This document shows, piece after piece, positions 1 to 13,715 of a stretch of DNA of 64,000 nt (positions within the stretch are counted from its first letter, which is position 1; every line of letters begins with the position of its first letter). The DNA comes from Octopus vulgaris. Its lineage: Eukaryota. The notes under the pieces are model-generated. The model had not been told where the DNA came from. It made no database searches and worked only from the letters and a program-made list of their open reading frames with translations. Position numbers and translations under genes: made by a program. Location: assembly GCA_951406725.2 (NCBI GenBank), contig OX597822.1, positions 55,056,001 through 55,120,000 on the forward strand, given 5' to 3'.

Positions 1-17
1 TACACATACATATATAA

Positions 18-879
18 GGTCTGATCAATAAGTATCCGGTCTGTTGCTATAGTAACAAAGCTAAAGCATGCAGAGCGAAACTGCTAGGCAAAGATTGACT
101 CTGAACTCTGCTGTGCATATGCACTAAGTTTTAACATTCTAGCTTACTTCCATTGTTTACAGCCATGCTTGGAAGGAAGGTGTGTAGTGTATGATTGCTG
201 CATTGACCATGACAGAGAAAGTGGTCATGGCAACACCTGCTCAGAGGCCTATGCAAAGTTGCAGAAAGTGTATGAGCCACACACAAATGTATGAGTGGTT
301 CAGACGTTTCCAAGATAGCCAAAAAAATGTTAAAATCAACTAACTTTCTGGGAGACTCGCAACTAGCAGAACTGAGAAAAACATCGCAGACGTACATGCA
401 GCTTTGAGGGGAAATCGTCAAATCACCATACATGAGTTATGAGAGGAGTGGAGGTTAGTTATGGTTCAGTTCAGTCCATTATCACTGAAGATTTGGGTAT
501 GAGATGCATGTTGGCCGAGTTTGTTCCAAAACTGCTTTCAGCTGATGAAAAAGACACTCAGGTTTCAGTTGCATAAGATCTCTTTGATTTTGTCGAGAAT
601 GATGGAAACTTTTTGAAAACTTTGCGTAGACCTCTGAGCAGGTATCGCAAAGCTTTCGGCAAAATTTGATGCAGATTCTTTGCTCTACCTTCGGTGTCAT
701 GGTCAATGCGATGATCACACGCTACACACCCTCCTTCTAAACAGTGGAAAAGAGCTAGAGCTTTAAAACTTAGTGTGCATGCACAGCAGAGTTCAATGTC
801 AATCCGTGCCAAGCTGCTTCACTCTTCATGCTTTAGCTTCATTACTATGGCAACAGTCTGGATACTTATTGATCAGACC
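18..879. mobile_element. Mariner-derived element built from two inverted 5' ends
   Basis: TIR ggtctgatcaataagtatcc / ggatacttattgatcagacc. Plus-strand remnants read YEWFRRF and FVPKLL; minus strand reads MTPKVEQRICIKFC. Confidence 0.8.
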
Positions 880-900
880 ATGCACAAATATATGTGTGTG

Positions 901-947
<47 letters not shown>

Positions 948-1072
948 GCCTGCTCGCTTAGCCAGTGGGGTGGTGTCATTTGAAGGCTAATACAATGCGA
1001 AGCGCATTGTGACCAGCGATGTGTAGCAACATCTGATAGCCTGGTCGGTTACGGTGATCACGGTGATATATA

Positions 1073-1131
<59 letters not shown>

Positions 1132-1483
1132 GAGTATATATATATATATGCTGCTGAGCTGCTGAGACCCCCTTCATTCATGACTGACCATGGGATTGCA
1201 CCTAGAAAGTTACCCTCCCAGGTACAAGTCCGGGCAAGGTTGTTTATGGAAGACCAGCAGTCACCCATGCATACTGGCCTCCCCTCTCCATGCCACCGAT
1301 GTTATCCAAGGGAAAGGCAACGGCCGATACAGCTTGGCACCTATGATGTCGCAACTCATTTCTGCAGCTGAGTGAACTGAAGCAACGTGAAATAAAGTGT
1401 CTTGCTCAAGAACACAACAAGCAACCCGGTCCGGGATTCAATCTCACAACCTCACAATCATAAGTTCTGAGCCATGCACCTTC

Positions 1484-1535
<52 letters not shown>

Positions 1536-1599
1536 GTGTGGGGGGCATGTGTGTGTATAATTAATGTAACTTAGATTGAAACAAAATTAAAAACCTTAC

Positions 1600-1677
1600 C
1601 TTAGAAACATGTGAGCAAAATGCTTCTGCCATTTTAAAAGAGCTTTTGTGGTTCTTCGATTTATATTTAGCATAGAC
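1600..1677 (-). CDS. Candidate internal exon of an unidentified minus-strand gene
   Basis: acccatag|VYAKYKSKNHKSSFKMAEAFCSHVSK|gtaagg; 78 nt, open frame. Confidence 0.55.
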
Positions 1678-2150
1678 CTATGGGTAAAATATAGGAAATT
1701 AAAGCAAACAATTATAAAACTTTAATTATATTAATATTTCTCAATGTCCTAAATATTGATATCTTACAGTTTTATCATTTTGTTTTTGTTACATGAGAGT
1801 TTTTTTCCACCATAAATCAACTGTAATTTCAATGTGAATTTCTTACTATCTCCTTAGTTATTTCATAAAGAAATACTACCTTGTTGAGGAATGGGTAAGG
1901 ATTGGCAACAAGAAAGGGATCTGGGTGTAGAAAATCTGCCTCAGTAAACTCCATCTGACCCATGCAAACAAAGAAGAGTGGATGTTAAAACGATGAAGAT
2001 AATATTCAATTACAAATGTTTAAACTAATTTTGCTAACAATTTTAGAATTATAGCATTTCTTGAAAATAAATAAATATTTTTGTAAGGTGATGAACTGGC
2101 GGAATCGTTAGCACACCAGACAAAATGCTTAGTGACATTTTATCCATAGG

Positions 2151-2214
<64 letters not shown>

Positions 2215-2633
2215 GGCAGCGAGCAGGCAGAATCGTTAGCACGCTGGGCGAAATGCTAAGAGGTATTTTGTCTGCCGTTACATTCTGAGTTCAAACTCCA
2301 CCAAAGTTGACTTTGCCTTTCATCCTTTTGGGGTCGATTAAATAAGTACCAGTTACACACTGGGGTCAATGTAATCGACTTAATCCCTTTGTCTGTCCTT
2401 GTTTGTCCCCTCTATGTTTAGCCCCTGAAGAAATATATATATATGTGTATATATATATATAATAAATATTAGGGAATGAATCCAAAATTACAGGAAAAAA
2501 TCAGATTTAGGGTTAAATCCAATTTTATAGTAAAATATTATATAATATAATTCGAGACAAAACCACTATTTTAAAACCAAACAAGAAAAGACTTAATCAA
2601 TACATAAAATTTTAATATAAATTAAATAAACCG

Positions 2634-2677
2634 CCACTACAAATGTTTCATGTCTGCTACCGACAATCTTCAGGTGG
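2634..2677 (-). ncRNA. Inverted copy of the same hammerhead (second copy 14701-14744)
   Basis: Exact reverse complement of 2727-2770. Confidence 0.75.
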
Positions 2678-2726
2678 ATTTTCGATCTTCTAATCAGTAT
2701 CAAATACTGATTAGAAGATTGAAAAT

Positions 2727-2770
2727 CCACCTGAAGATTGTCGGTAGCAGACATGAAACATTTGTAGTGG
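2727..2770 (+). ncRNA. Minimal type I hammerhead ribozyme (second copy 14794-14838)
   Basis: CCAC-CTGAAGA-t-TGTC(ggtagca)GACA-t-GAA-ACA(tt)TGT-A-GTGG: full core, GUA cleavage triplet, stems I-III pair. Confidence 0.75.
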
Positions 2771-2859
2771 CGGTTTATTTAATTTATATTAAAATTTTAT
2801 GTATTAAGTCTTTTCTTGTTTGGTTTTAAAATAGTGGTTTTGTCTCGAATTATATTATA

Positions 2860-3496
2860 CTAGCAGTATCGCCCGGCGTTGCTCGGGTTTGTAAGGGAAA
2901 TAACTATATAAGCATTTTTAGAGAGTTATAGCCAAAAAATAGCAAAAAATGCATTAAAAATGGAAAAAATATGATGGTAAATTTTTTTTTAAATCGTTGA
3001 CTCATCGTAGACATTTTTAGAGAGTTACTTCCCTTATATAATAGCGAAAAAATGCATTAAAATGGAAAAAAAACGATGGTAAATTTTTTTTTAAATCGTA
3101 GACTCATGTAGACGCTTTCTTAGCCATTTCTGTTTTGGTGTCTTCAAGCCATGAAGTCGTTGTTCTAAAAGAACACTGGTCTCCTTGACAACGCATTACG
3201 ACGTTGATTTCCTTACACTCCCTTCCCCACAGGTGCAGGTGTGAGCGTGGACGCCAACTCCGCCGCCATCGACACACGAAAAATTATGCATTAAAATGGA
3301 ATAAAAAATTATGTTAAATTATTTTTAAAATCGTAGACTCATCGTAGACGCGCGCTAATATTCAGACGGGCTCGATATGAATCACGGCTATAAGCTACCC
3401 GAATTTGGTTAAACTGTACCGCAAAATGTGGGAGTAGTTAGGAATCTAAATCGAAGGGGACAGACACTCACACAACTACAGTTTTATATATATAGA
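2860..3496 (-). mobile_element. Non-autonomous Helitron (second copy 14928-15565)
   Basis: On the minus strand: 5' TCTATATATATAAAA, 3' GC-rich hairpin cccgagcaacgccggg then CTAG; A|T target. Confidence 0.85.
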
Positions 3497-3594
3497 TATA
3501 CATAGCGCAGTAGTGGTGAGATATGACAGCAAAGAAAAGCATACATTCACTCTCTGCATGCAATTAGACTCGGAAAGTTCGTGAGGAACCCATT

Positions 3595-3870
3595 GACCCA
3601 ATTTGCTGACTTTTCCGATAGCACACAGGTGTCAATGAATGGTTGAATGACCAAATCCAAGCTTCTCTGCTAGTTCCTCAACAGTTACGATGATATTTTG
3701 TTCCACCAGGGTTTTCAGGATGTCCTTGTCGAGTTCTACAGATCTTTCAGGATGAGGCTCGTCTTCTAGGCTGTAGTTTATGGCTCGGGATTTCTGGAAC
3801 CACCACTGACACTGCCTTACGCTTATTGTCCAATCCCCATATACTGTATTAATATTTCTTGTACTTTGCA
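3595..3870 (-). mobile_element. Mariner transposase HTH remnant (second copy at about 15665-15940)
   Basis: RNINTVYG...VRQCQWWFQK...SLEDEP...TVEELAEKLG...STIH, typical of Hsmar1/Mos1-type N-termini. Confidence 0.85.
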
Positions 3871-4068
3871 CACATTTATATTCTGTTATTGTTTTATATG
3901 TTTCAGCCTTGAGGTTGTGGCCATGCTGGATCATGTGTGTGTGTGTGTGTGTGTGTGTGTCTATCTGTCTGTCTGTCTGTATGTATATATGTATATGTAT
4001 GTGTGTGAACAATAATATTTTCAACAGATGTGTTGCAAATGTATCTGATTGTTCTCAAGCTTCAATAC

Positions 4069-4184
4069 TGTGTGTGTATGTGTGTGTGTGTATGTATGTA
4101 TGTATATGCATGTATGTATATGTATGTATGTATGTATGTATGTGTGTATGTATGTATGTGTGTGTGTATGTATGTGTGTGTGTA

Positions 4185-4215
<31 letters not shown>

Positions 4216-4298
4216 ATGTATGTATGTATGTATGTATGTATGTATGTATGTATGTATGTATGTATGTATGTATGTATGTATGTATGTGAGTGTATGTT
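4069..4298. repeat. (GT)n/(ATGT)n microsatellite (second copy at about 16138-16360)
   Basis: Direct reading. Confidence 0.95.
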
Positions 4299-5449
4299 TA
4301 CTTTATTACTAATTACTCTCTTCCAAGAACATTTTCACTCACTCTTAGCTCTTAGCTTCCCATACATTTTACTCATGTATCTATCAGCGTCATAGACAGA
4401 ATACTTTCACTTTAGTCTTCCTCAAATCACTCTGTCGCTATTTACTTTCATTTTATTCGTTGCCCACTGTGTGTGTGCGTTTGCGTGTGGTGTAAACCAG
4501 ACTAAGAAAAGCATTTGACACACACACCAGAATCTGAGTTTTCTGTAAATTTTGCTTAATTGGAGTTTAAATTTTAAAAACTGGACCTGGCATGACGCGA
4601 TGCATTGTACTCTTAAAAATGGTAGGTAAATTGTAATTGAAGAAATCCTATATTGTAGATTTCTATAACTCCCAAAGGGAGGTAGATAAAATCTGCCTTT
4701 TATAATAAGAGATATACACATATATATATATATTTCTATATATATGTATGCATCTGTATCTATGTTTGTTTTTGACTCCCCATCACTACTTGACAACCAG
4801 CATTGGTATGGTTACAACCCCATAACTTAGCAGTTCAGCAGAAGAGACCGAAATAAGCAGTGGGGTCATTCCATTTGACTAAAAATTCAAAGTAACGCTC
4901 CAGCATGGCCACAGTTTAATGACTGAAACAAGTAGCAGGTAAAAGATACAAAATAAAAAAGGAAGTTTATTTTTTGCATGTGCATTCTTATAACATGCAC
5001 ATTTTCATATATGCATTTTTGTGCAGATTATATTCACAAAAGTGGAACGGTGAATCATTCTCTCATCTTTTTTGCATCCAAATTCCATGCTGGCATAGAT
5101 TGAACAAGTTCTTTGAAGCAGTGCTTTCAGACCTGATACCCTTTGTTTCTAAGCCCTTTTAGTTGCCTTTTACAACATGTGGGGACATGGGTGTACTTTT
5201 TCTAAAACTGAGATATACATAGTTTAGAGAAGAATTTGTAAAATTTTTAAAAGTTAAAGCATTAAGTGCAACAATCTTGTATGCCATACTAATGTCATGG
5301 TACATGGTAAAGTATATTGAATATTTTTGCACAAGCTTTAGTGCACATACAAGAACCATAATGAAAGCTACCAAGTAATTGCTTTGGACTGTAAAGTTTG
5401 GGATCCTCCAGCAACTTCTGATTTAACAAGAAAAATAACAGACACTTGT

Positions 5450-6165
5450 TAGCTGTGTGGTACGTAGCTTGCTTATGAACCACATGGTTCCGGGTTCAGT
5501 CCCACTGTGTGGCATCTTGGGCAAGTGTCTTCTACTATAGCCTCAGGCCGACCAAAGCCTTGTGAGTGGATTTGGTAGGCAGCAGAATCATTAGCACGCC
5601 AGGTGAAATGCTTAGCAGTATTTTGTCTGCTGTTACGTTCTGAGTTCAATTTCCGCCGAGGTCGACTTTGCCTTTCATCCTTTCGGGATCGATTAAATAA
5701 GTACCAGTTACGCACTGGTGTCGATATAATCGACTTAATCCGTTTGTCTGTCCTTGTTTGTCCTCTCTGTGTTTAGCCCCTTGTGGGTACTAAAGAAATA
5801 GGTATTTCGTCTGCCACTACATTTGAGCTCAAATTCCGCCGAGGTTGACTTTGCCTTTCATCCTTTCAGGGTCGATAAATTAAGTACCTGTTACACACTG
5901 GGGTTGATGTAATCGACTTAATCCCTTTGTCTGTCCTTGTTTGTCCCCTCTATGTTTAGCCCCTTGTGGGCAATAAAGAAATAAGAATCGTTAGCATGCC
6001 AGACAAAATACTTAGTGTCATTTCATCCATCTTCACGTTCAAATTCTGCCAAGGTCAACTTAGCCTTTCATCTCTTCAGTAAGTAACAGTTGAATATTAG
6101 AGTTGATGTAACCAACTTACCCCTCCCCTAAAACTGCTGGCAGTGCCAAAATTTCAAACCAATAA
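5450..6165 (+). mobile_element. Cluster of tRNA-derived SINEs (CORE-like head plus three tandem Deu/Nin-like units)
   Basis: Pol III A/B-box-like heads; repeated gactttgcctttcatcctttcggggtcgat body also at 2214-2425 and 7063-7285. Confidence 0.8.
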
Positions 6166-6186
6166 ATTTAAGGGTTAAAAACTTAC

Positions 6187-6237
6187 TTAGTAGGAACATA
6201 ATATCTGCTGAAGCATTCATGCCATATATCTGATTGT
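6187..6237 (-). CDS. Candidate 51-nt exon (second copy at about 18250-18300)
   Basis: Strong pyrimidine tract with ttgtag acceptor and gtaagt donor; open as QSDIWHECFSRYYVPT or NQIYGMNASADIMFLL. Confidence 0.5.
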
Positions 6238-7914
6238 CTACAAATAGAAAGAAAAAAAGAATAGAATTCACATGATTAAAAAAAAAAAAGGTTTAGCTTA
6301 ATTATTACAAGCATCACTAAGGTCTTAAAAGAAATATGTTGTTTCCTGTATGTGTAAAAATAAACCATCCTCATCTTTTAACGTCTGTCTTCTATGCTGG
6401 CATAAATCGGACAGTTTGACCAGAGCTGGCAAGCCAGAGAGCTGCACCAGGTTCCAGTCTGATTTGGCTTGGTTTCTATGACTGGATGCCCTTCCTAACG
6501 CCAACCACTTTACACTGTGTGTTAGGTGCTTTTAATGTGCCACTAGCACAAGCGCTTTTACATGGCACCAGCACAAGAGCTTTATTTCAATGGAACTGGC
6601 ACTGGACTCTTGCAGGCCAATCTTCTTTGCCAAGGGATGTAGCCTTCTGTTGATTCTGTACTCACTGTAACCTACTCAGAATAAAATTCTCAGTATAAGT
6701 GAGTGGACTGTAAATAACGCTGACTACAGAGCAGGGTATACTATAAACCCAACAAACAAAGCTGGGTGAACTGTAAACCTAATACAGCGTTGGGCGGATT
6801 GTAAACCTAAGAGAAAAATTCTCTCTGTTCATGGATTTACATAGTGAATACCTATTTTCATTTTATTTCTCCTACCTTTCTAGGACATAACAAACGACAA
6901 TAACTATCACTTATGAAGACCTTTTCATCCACTCTTACATATGTTTAACCAATCTCTCTCCAATGACCAAATACTCAGCCTATGGAATTCTCACTCGACA
7001 CTATGTTCCAGTAGCCGGGATATATTCTAGAGAACAGCTGTCAGAGACTATCTAAACCTTTTAGAGCTGGCAGAAACGTTAGCACACCGGGCGAAATGCC
7101 TAGCCGTATTTCGTCTGCCGCTACGTTCTGAGTTCAAATTCCGCCGAGGTTGACTTTGCCTTTCATCCTTTCGGGGTCGATAAATTAAGTACCAGTTCAC
7201 TGGGGTCGATGTAATCGACTTAATCCGTTTGTCTGTCCTTGTTTGTCTCCTCTGTGTTTAGCCCCTTGTGGGTAGTAAAGAAATATATTATATAGCTAAA
7301 GTAAACGTCTTTGTCAAGTCTTACCTAACTGTTTGCTTCTCTTTTCTGCCTCAATATATATATATTAATGCTTGTTTTTATGTTCAGTTATAATAAACAA
7401 TTTTACATTAATCTGATGAGTTGCTCTATACTTTTGAAGAGTTCAAACTTATTATTCTTACACAAGAATGTTGTTGACAGAGATTTGAAGTTTCAGCCAA
7501 AATTTCAAAGCCACTCTACTCTTTTACTTGTTTCAGTCATTTGACTGTGGCCATGCTGTAGCACCACTTTTAGTCGAGCAAATCAACCCCAGGACTTATT
7601 CTTTGTAAGCCTAGTACTTATTCTATCGGTCTCTCTTGCCGAACCGCTAAGTTATGGGGACGCAAACACACCAGCATTGGTTGTCAAGAGATGCTGGGGG
7701 AACAAACACAGAGACACAAACATATACACATACATATATATGATGGGCTTCTTTCAGTTTCCATCTACCAAATCCACTCACAAGGCTTTGGTCAGCCTGA
7801 GGCTATAGCAGAAGACACTTGCCCAAGGTGCCACACAGTGGGACTGAACACAGAACCATGTGGTCCATAAGCAAGCTACTTACCACATAGCCACACCTTG
7901 TCAACAATATTCTT

Positions 7915-7953
<39 letters not shown>

Positions 7954-8219
7954 ATTCACACATGGCATATGCCCAAACGCAAACCTGGAAGTATATATAA
8001 TACTACTACCGGGGAGTACAGGGCAAATCTGAAGGTGCCCACCCCCACCCATCACCACTTGACAACTGGTATTGGTGTTTAAATTCCTGTGATCTAGCAA
8101 TTCAGCAAGTACTAGGATTTAAAAAAACATAAGTCCTGGGGGCGATTTGTTCTACGAAAACTCTTCGAGGCAGCACTCTTGTATAGCAGCAGTCAAATGA
8201 CAGAAACAAGTATGAATGA

Positions 8220-8505
8220 AGTCGTTGCCAGTGCTGCTGGACTGGCTCCTGTGCAGGTGGCACATAAAAAGCACCATTTGAGCATGGCCGTTGCCAGTAC
8301 CGCCGACTGGCCCTCGTGCTGGTGGCACATGAAAGCACCCACTACACTCTCGAGGTGGTTGGCGTTAGGAAGGGCATCCAGCTGTAGAAACTCTGCCAGA
8401 TCAGATTAGAGTCTGGTGCAGCCATCTGGTTCGCCAGACTTCAGTCAAAATCATCCAACCCATGCTAGCATGGAAAGCAGACGTTAAACAATGATGATAA
8501 TGATG
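8220..8505 (+). mobile_element. RTE 3'-tail fragment; others at about 6370-6640, 31790-32105, 34840-35330, 53000-53357, 60580-60990
   Basis: ggttggcgttaggaagggcatcc...acgttaaac(gat)n, matching the 3' UTR of the LINE at 42765-44305. Confidence 0.8.
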
Positions 8506-10059
8506 ATATATATATATATCTAGAGAGAGAGAGAGAGGAGAGACAGACAGACAGAGACAGAGAGAGAGACATTTTAAAAAAGGGTGAGGAGTAGAAATCC
8601 AAGCTGAAATAAACACACACACCCTCAAATTGTATTCATCCAGTGTTATTTTGAAAAGACTTGTTGAACTTTTAGAAATCATTCATAAATCTGCATTGCT
8701 AACATAAGTGTACATATGTGTGTATTTATATGTGTGTGTGTGTAATTCGTTCTTATCATACTCCACCATCTCTCATCACTTTACATAAACTCATCAAACT
8801 CTCCAATTCTTCCACAGTTAAGAAGCCTCTTTAGGTCCTTTACTCTTGAAAGGAGTCATGGAATTACAAAACACACACACAATACATTCCGTAAAATGAT
8901 TGGAGTTAGGAAGAGTATGAAGCCATTGAAACCATGTGAATATAGACATTAGAACAAGACACAACCTTCCAAATCATCTAATCCTGTCACACTGTGATTA
9001 ATATGTAGAATACCCTTAGTAATAGGTCTGGGGCTAAACTAACGATTTCTGTGTATGTGTATACATAATGTGGATATTTTCTGTTTGGGTGCACCTGTGG
9101 AAATTATAAAGTTTAGTGGAAATTTAAAAATTTGGTGTATTGATTTAATTTTCCACACTGAATATCAGGAGATGGCTCATTTTTTCCCCAGAAAATTTTT
9201 TTAAAAAGTTCAGTCAGAAAATGGGATTGGAAGCTGTTATTTTGTATGTTGACAGCACATGTTGTCAACAGTAAACAAATGAAATATTGGAGGAATTCTA
9301 CTTTACACATGCCATATAACCCCTCATAACTTTTTTTATTTTTTGGAATTAAAAAAAAAATTTTTGTGAATTAGTATTCTACACATGGGAATTCATGCGA
9401 TTATGCAAAAAAAATTTGTGCATGATTTAAGGCCTATTTAGCTGTTATTTTTAGCACATCTTATACCACATGTTTCAAGCATTTAATAAGCAACAAAAAG
9501 AACATGTGGTGAACAGTTTGGCTTGTTACTAAGGAACAGGCACCTATATGACAATGGCTTTCGATTGGCTAAAATTACCCAAAATTTGCAAACTTTAAAA
9601 GCTATTAACTCTTTCTCTATTGATTTATGGTCAAAATGAATTTTATATCAATGATTACTCTAGAAAACTACATCAATTTTTGCTTCTTAGTCAATTAGAC
9701 TTAGAGCCATTCACGTCATTTCTGTGTCCATCTATTTCTCTACACCACACGATTGAAAACTTTCATTTAGTTGTTATTTCTACATTTTCTATCTCTGAAC
9801 TTTCTTGCATAGATTACTTCATTGAACTAGATTCTACATATTGATTCTATGCATCATCATCGACCAGTAAATAAAATATATTCTTATGTAGTAAATATAT
9901 ATGTCTTGAATTTATTCTTCCGCTCTATATGAACTCTTGTAATAATATACACGCAGCCACATCAACACCTGGTACTGACTATATATAATCACTACACATG
10001 CTAGAAATAGCATCTGTATTTCTTGTGAATACATGAATTTTATTAAAACTCACAGCTCT

Positions 10060-10380
10060 TCTGGAATGTGTAATGTAAGCGTACATGTGCAACAGAGTGC
10101 AAGTGTATTGAGAAAGAAGTTAGGCATAAGAGGTATTAAATGCAGTGTGCAAGAGTGGTGATTATGCTGGCTTGGTATTATGATGCAAATGGATGCTGAC
10201 AGCTCCATAAAGAAGTGCAGATGACTCAATGTGGATGGAACCCGTGGAAGAGGCAGACCCAGGAAAACATGGGACAAAGTATTGAAAGACAACATCAGGA
10301 TGCTAAAAATTTCAGACAAGATGACTTAGGACCGAGATGCTTGACATCTTGCTGTACTCAAGAAGACCCGTTCCTCCACA
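10060..10380 (+). mobile_element. Decayed RTE ORF 3' fragment (second copy at about 22130-22450)
   Basis: Homologous to 43415-43720 (atgtgtaatgt, ggaagaggcagacccaggaa). Confidence 0.75.
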
Positions 10381-10462
10381 GCAGAAGTGTTAAGGCTGCT
10401 GCCCCTGGTGAAGAGAATTGGCCAGCAAGAGTCCTGTGCCGGTGCCACCTAAAGTGGAGTAC

Positions 10463-10531
10463 ATAGGTCTGCTGGATCAGAACTTGGAAGAACTTTTTCT
10501 AACCGAGAAATCCTCCATGCAGTCAGTTCAT
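10463..10531 (-). CDS. Candidate 69-nt exon (second copy at about 22531-22599)
   Basis: tttctgatag|ELTAWRISRLEKVLPSSDPADL; weak donor gtactc. Confidence 0.3.
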
Positions 10532-11156
10532 CTATCAGAAATAACAATGGTTAATGTAAAAAAAATAGTGCAATGGGTGTAAAAAAATGTGTGGAAAACG
10601 AATATGAAAAAAAAATGTGCGCTGACGACCCTGGGGGGTGGGGAGGGGACTTTCGGAAAATTCACAAGATCCAATTTTTCCGTCATAACTTCCGGTAAAA
10701 TGAATATATATTGATTTATTTTTACGGAATCCCATGTTTTTGGTTATGGAGGATCCATTACTGAAAAAATTTTTTCGTGTCTTGTCCTTACCTGCGAAAT
10801 GCAGAGTAGCCAAAACAGGGACAACTGAAGAAGGGGAATATTCCTTGTGTTGTATGTCTTGTACTCTGGTTTTTTGTTGTTTGAAAAAAAGTCCGTTTCC
10901 ATGTTTTTGTTTTTATGTTTTCCGTTCTCATTGTGTTCAACGTTTTTTTGGTGTCCTGTACCCATATATGCATATGTTTATATATTATTTGGTTATATAT
11001 ATATATAACCCTCCCTGCAGTAATACGACAAAGTAATTCATGTGAAATTAATTTTTTTTTTTTTTAAGCTTTCCTTTTTAAACTTTTTTTTCCCCGAAAT
11101 ATGTAGCAAAATACGAAGATACGATTCTGAAAAAAAATTGTTTGTAAAATTTCAAT

Positions 11157-11329
11157 GGTACTTGTCAATTGTCGTGGTCCCGGTTTTGCACACGCGAATT
11201 CGCGCGCGCGTCAGACGTAGGTACTCGATACTCGAGATCCTACGAGGTGACTTGCGCATGCGCAGTGCAGAATTCGCGCGTGCGCGTTAAACCCCCCCTA
11301 AAAAAAAAAGGTGTTGGATTTCACTAATA

Positions 11330-11366
<37 letters not shown>

Positions 11367-13715
11367 ACATTTTCAATTTTACACAAAAAAATTACATAGT
11401 CGCTTTCCTCGCGGATTTACAGAGAAATGAATTAATTACTATTTTACAGAATAAAATTAATGAATTAATTATATAAATTAAATAATTCTTGAAAATTAAT
11501 TAATATTAATAATATTTTTTGAACAAAGTAAATAATTTATAAAACTTGGTTAATAATTTTTTTTTTACACAAACGCGAACGTATATAATTTGTGAAACTT
11601 TTTTTTTTTTACAGACGTATATAATTTGGTAAACTTAATGAATTAATTTCTTCTCATCATCATCATCGTTTAACGTCCGTTCTCCATGCCAGCATGGGTT
11701 GGACGGTTCGACCGGGGATCTGGGAAGCCAGAAGGCTGCACCAGACTCCAGTCTTATCTGGCAATGTTTCTACAGCTGGATGCCCTTCCTAACGCCAACC
11801 ACTCCGAGAGTGTAGTGGGTGCTTTTTACATGCCACCCGCACAGGTGCCAGGCGAGGCTGGCAACGGCCACGGTCGGATTGGTGCCAGTCGAGGCGGCTC
11901 TGGCATCGGCCACGATTCGGATAGTGCTTTTTACGTACCACCAGTCCAGGGGTCCTGGCATTTGCCGGGTGCCACACTTGCCCCAACATGTCTTCGCAAG
12001 CAAAGGGGGTTGGCATGGGTGCCTGTCGTGGGATGAGGTTCGATATCAACTTCGCTTGCCTCAACAGGTCTTTGTGTATAAATGTATAAATTTTTCGCAC
12101 TAAATTCTTTCCGTAGAATTTATAAAAAAACGCGCAAAATTATTCCGTAGACTTTATCAAATTAAAAAACGCAAAATTAATATATTTTTTGAAATTGCAA
12201 ATTATTTAGAATATAAAACAAATTAAGTTAAATTTTAAAAATAAATGTCATATACTTATACTCTGTAAGGTGCTGTGTTCACACTTCAATTTACTATTTT
12301 CTAGAAATGTTGCTTTTCTAATTGAAACAATTTTTCTCAATCTCCATTTAAAAGTCCATAATGCCTCTTGAGCCATATCAAAATGAACAACTTTGAATTA
12401 CCCGGTGGTGGTGGTGTGAGGTTCTAATTTTTTTTCTGATCTCTCTTTGCCCCCCCTAGATGGAGGTGTGGTGGGGAGACAGATGAAAGATGTTTCATTC
12501 TCTACTATATATGTATATATATATCTATATCTATATATATATATATATATATTTCTTAAACCTACACGATATAGTCTATAAATTTGGGATGTTTTTGAAA
12601 GATAATATATTTTGTCATCAGAATATATATACTTTCTCACACTACAATTAAGATATATTTATTTTAAATCGTTCATCTTTTCCCGCGACAACAAAAATTG
12701 GGCGCGAAAATTTTTCTAAATATTAGCTGAATGAACAACTGAGATAAAGAGGGGGCAAAGAGAGATCAGAAAAAAAATTAGAACCTCACCACCACCACCA
12801 CCACCGGGTAATTCAAAGTTGTTCATTTTGATATGGCTCAAGAGGCATTATGGACTTTTAAATGGAGATTGAGAAAAATTGTTTCAATTAGAAAAGCAAC
12901 ATTTCTAGAAAATAGTAAATTGAAGTGTGAACACAGCACCTTACAGAGTATAAGTATATGACATTTATTTTTAAAATTTAACTTAATTTGTTTTATATTC
13001 TAAATAATTTGCAATTTCAAAAAATATATTAATTTTGCGTTTTTTAATTTGATAAAGTCTACGGAATAATTTTGCGCGTTTTTTTTATAAATTCTACGGA
13101 AAGAATTTAGTGCGAAAAATTTATACATTTATACACAAAGACCTGTTGAGGCAAGCGAAGTTGATATCGAACCTCATCCCACGACAGGCACCCATGCCAA
13201 CCCCCTTTGCTTGCGAAGACATGTTGGGGCAAGTGTGGCACCCGGCAAATGCCAGGACCCCTGGACTGGTGGTACGTAAAAAGCACTATCCGAATCGTGG
13301 CCGATGCCAGAGCCGCCTCGACTGGCACCAATCCGACCGTGGCCGTTGCCAGCCTCGCCTGGCACCTGTGCGGGTGGCATGTAAAAAGCACCCACTACAC
13401 TCTCGGAGTGGTTGGCGTTAGGAAGGGCATCCAGCTGTAGAAACATTGCCAGATAAGACTGGAGTCTGGTGCAGCCTTCTGGCTTCCCAGATCCCCGGTC
13501 GAACCGTCCAACCCATGCTGGCATGGAGAACGGACGTTAAACGATGATGATGATGAGAAGAAATTAATTCATTAAGTTTACCAAATTATATACGTCTGTA
13601 AAAAAAAAAAAAGTTTCACAAATTATATACGTTCGCGTTTGTGTAAAAAAAATTATTAACCAAGTTTTATAAATTATTTACTTTGTTCAAAAAATATTAT
13701 TAATATTAATTAATT
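11157..13715. mobile_element. Same foldback element, truncated at the gap
   Basis: Identical left terminus after ATTTCAAT; right arm ends at the N run. Confidence 0.88.

Larger units (their letters stand above)
2540..2859. repeat. ~160-bp-arm palindrome, Penelope-like inverted pLTR
   Basis: tataatataattcgagacaaaacc...ggttttgtctcgaattatattata centred near 2700; each arm carries a hammerhead. Confidence 0.8.

Noticed and set aside
3909-4395. ORFs rich in CVCMYV or YIYI (also 987-1371, 16099-16458, 35517-35941, 37817-38170)
   Set aside because: Translations of (GT)n, (TA)n and (ATGT)n microsatellites.
7413-7448. CTGATGA...CAAAC hammerhead-like string
   Set aside because: Core GAAA is absent and the stems are poor.
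10779-10847. CTGAAGA with ttgtcc/ggacaa pairing, a possible permuted hammerhead
   Set aside because: No GAAA follows stem II and no convincing stem III forms.
11686-13524. Identical 94-116-aa ORFs on opposite strands
   Set aside because: Chance frames in a GC-richer RTE tail, mirrored by the foldback arms.
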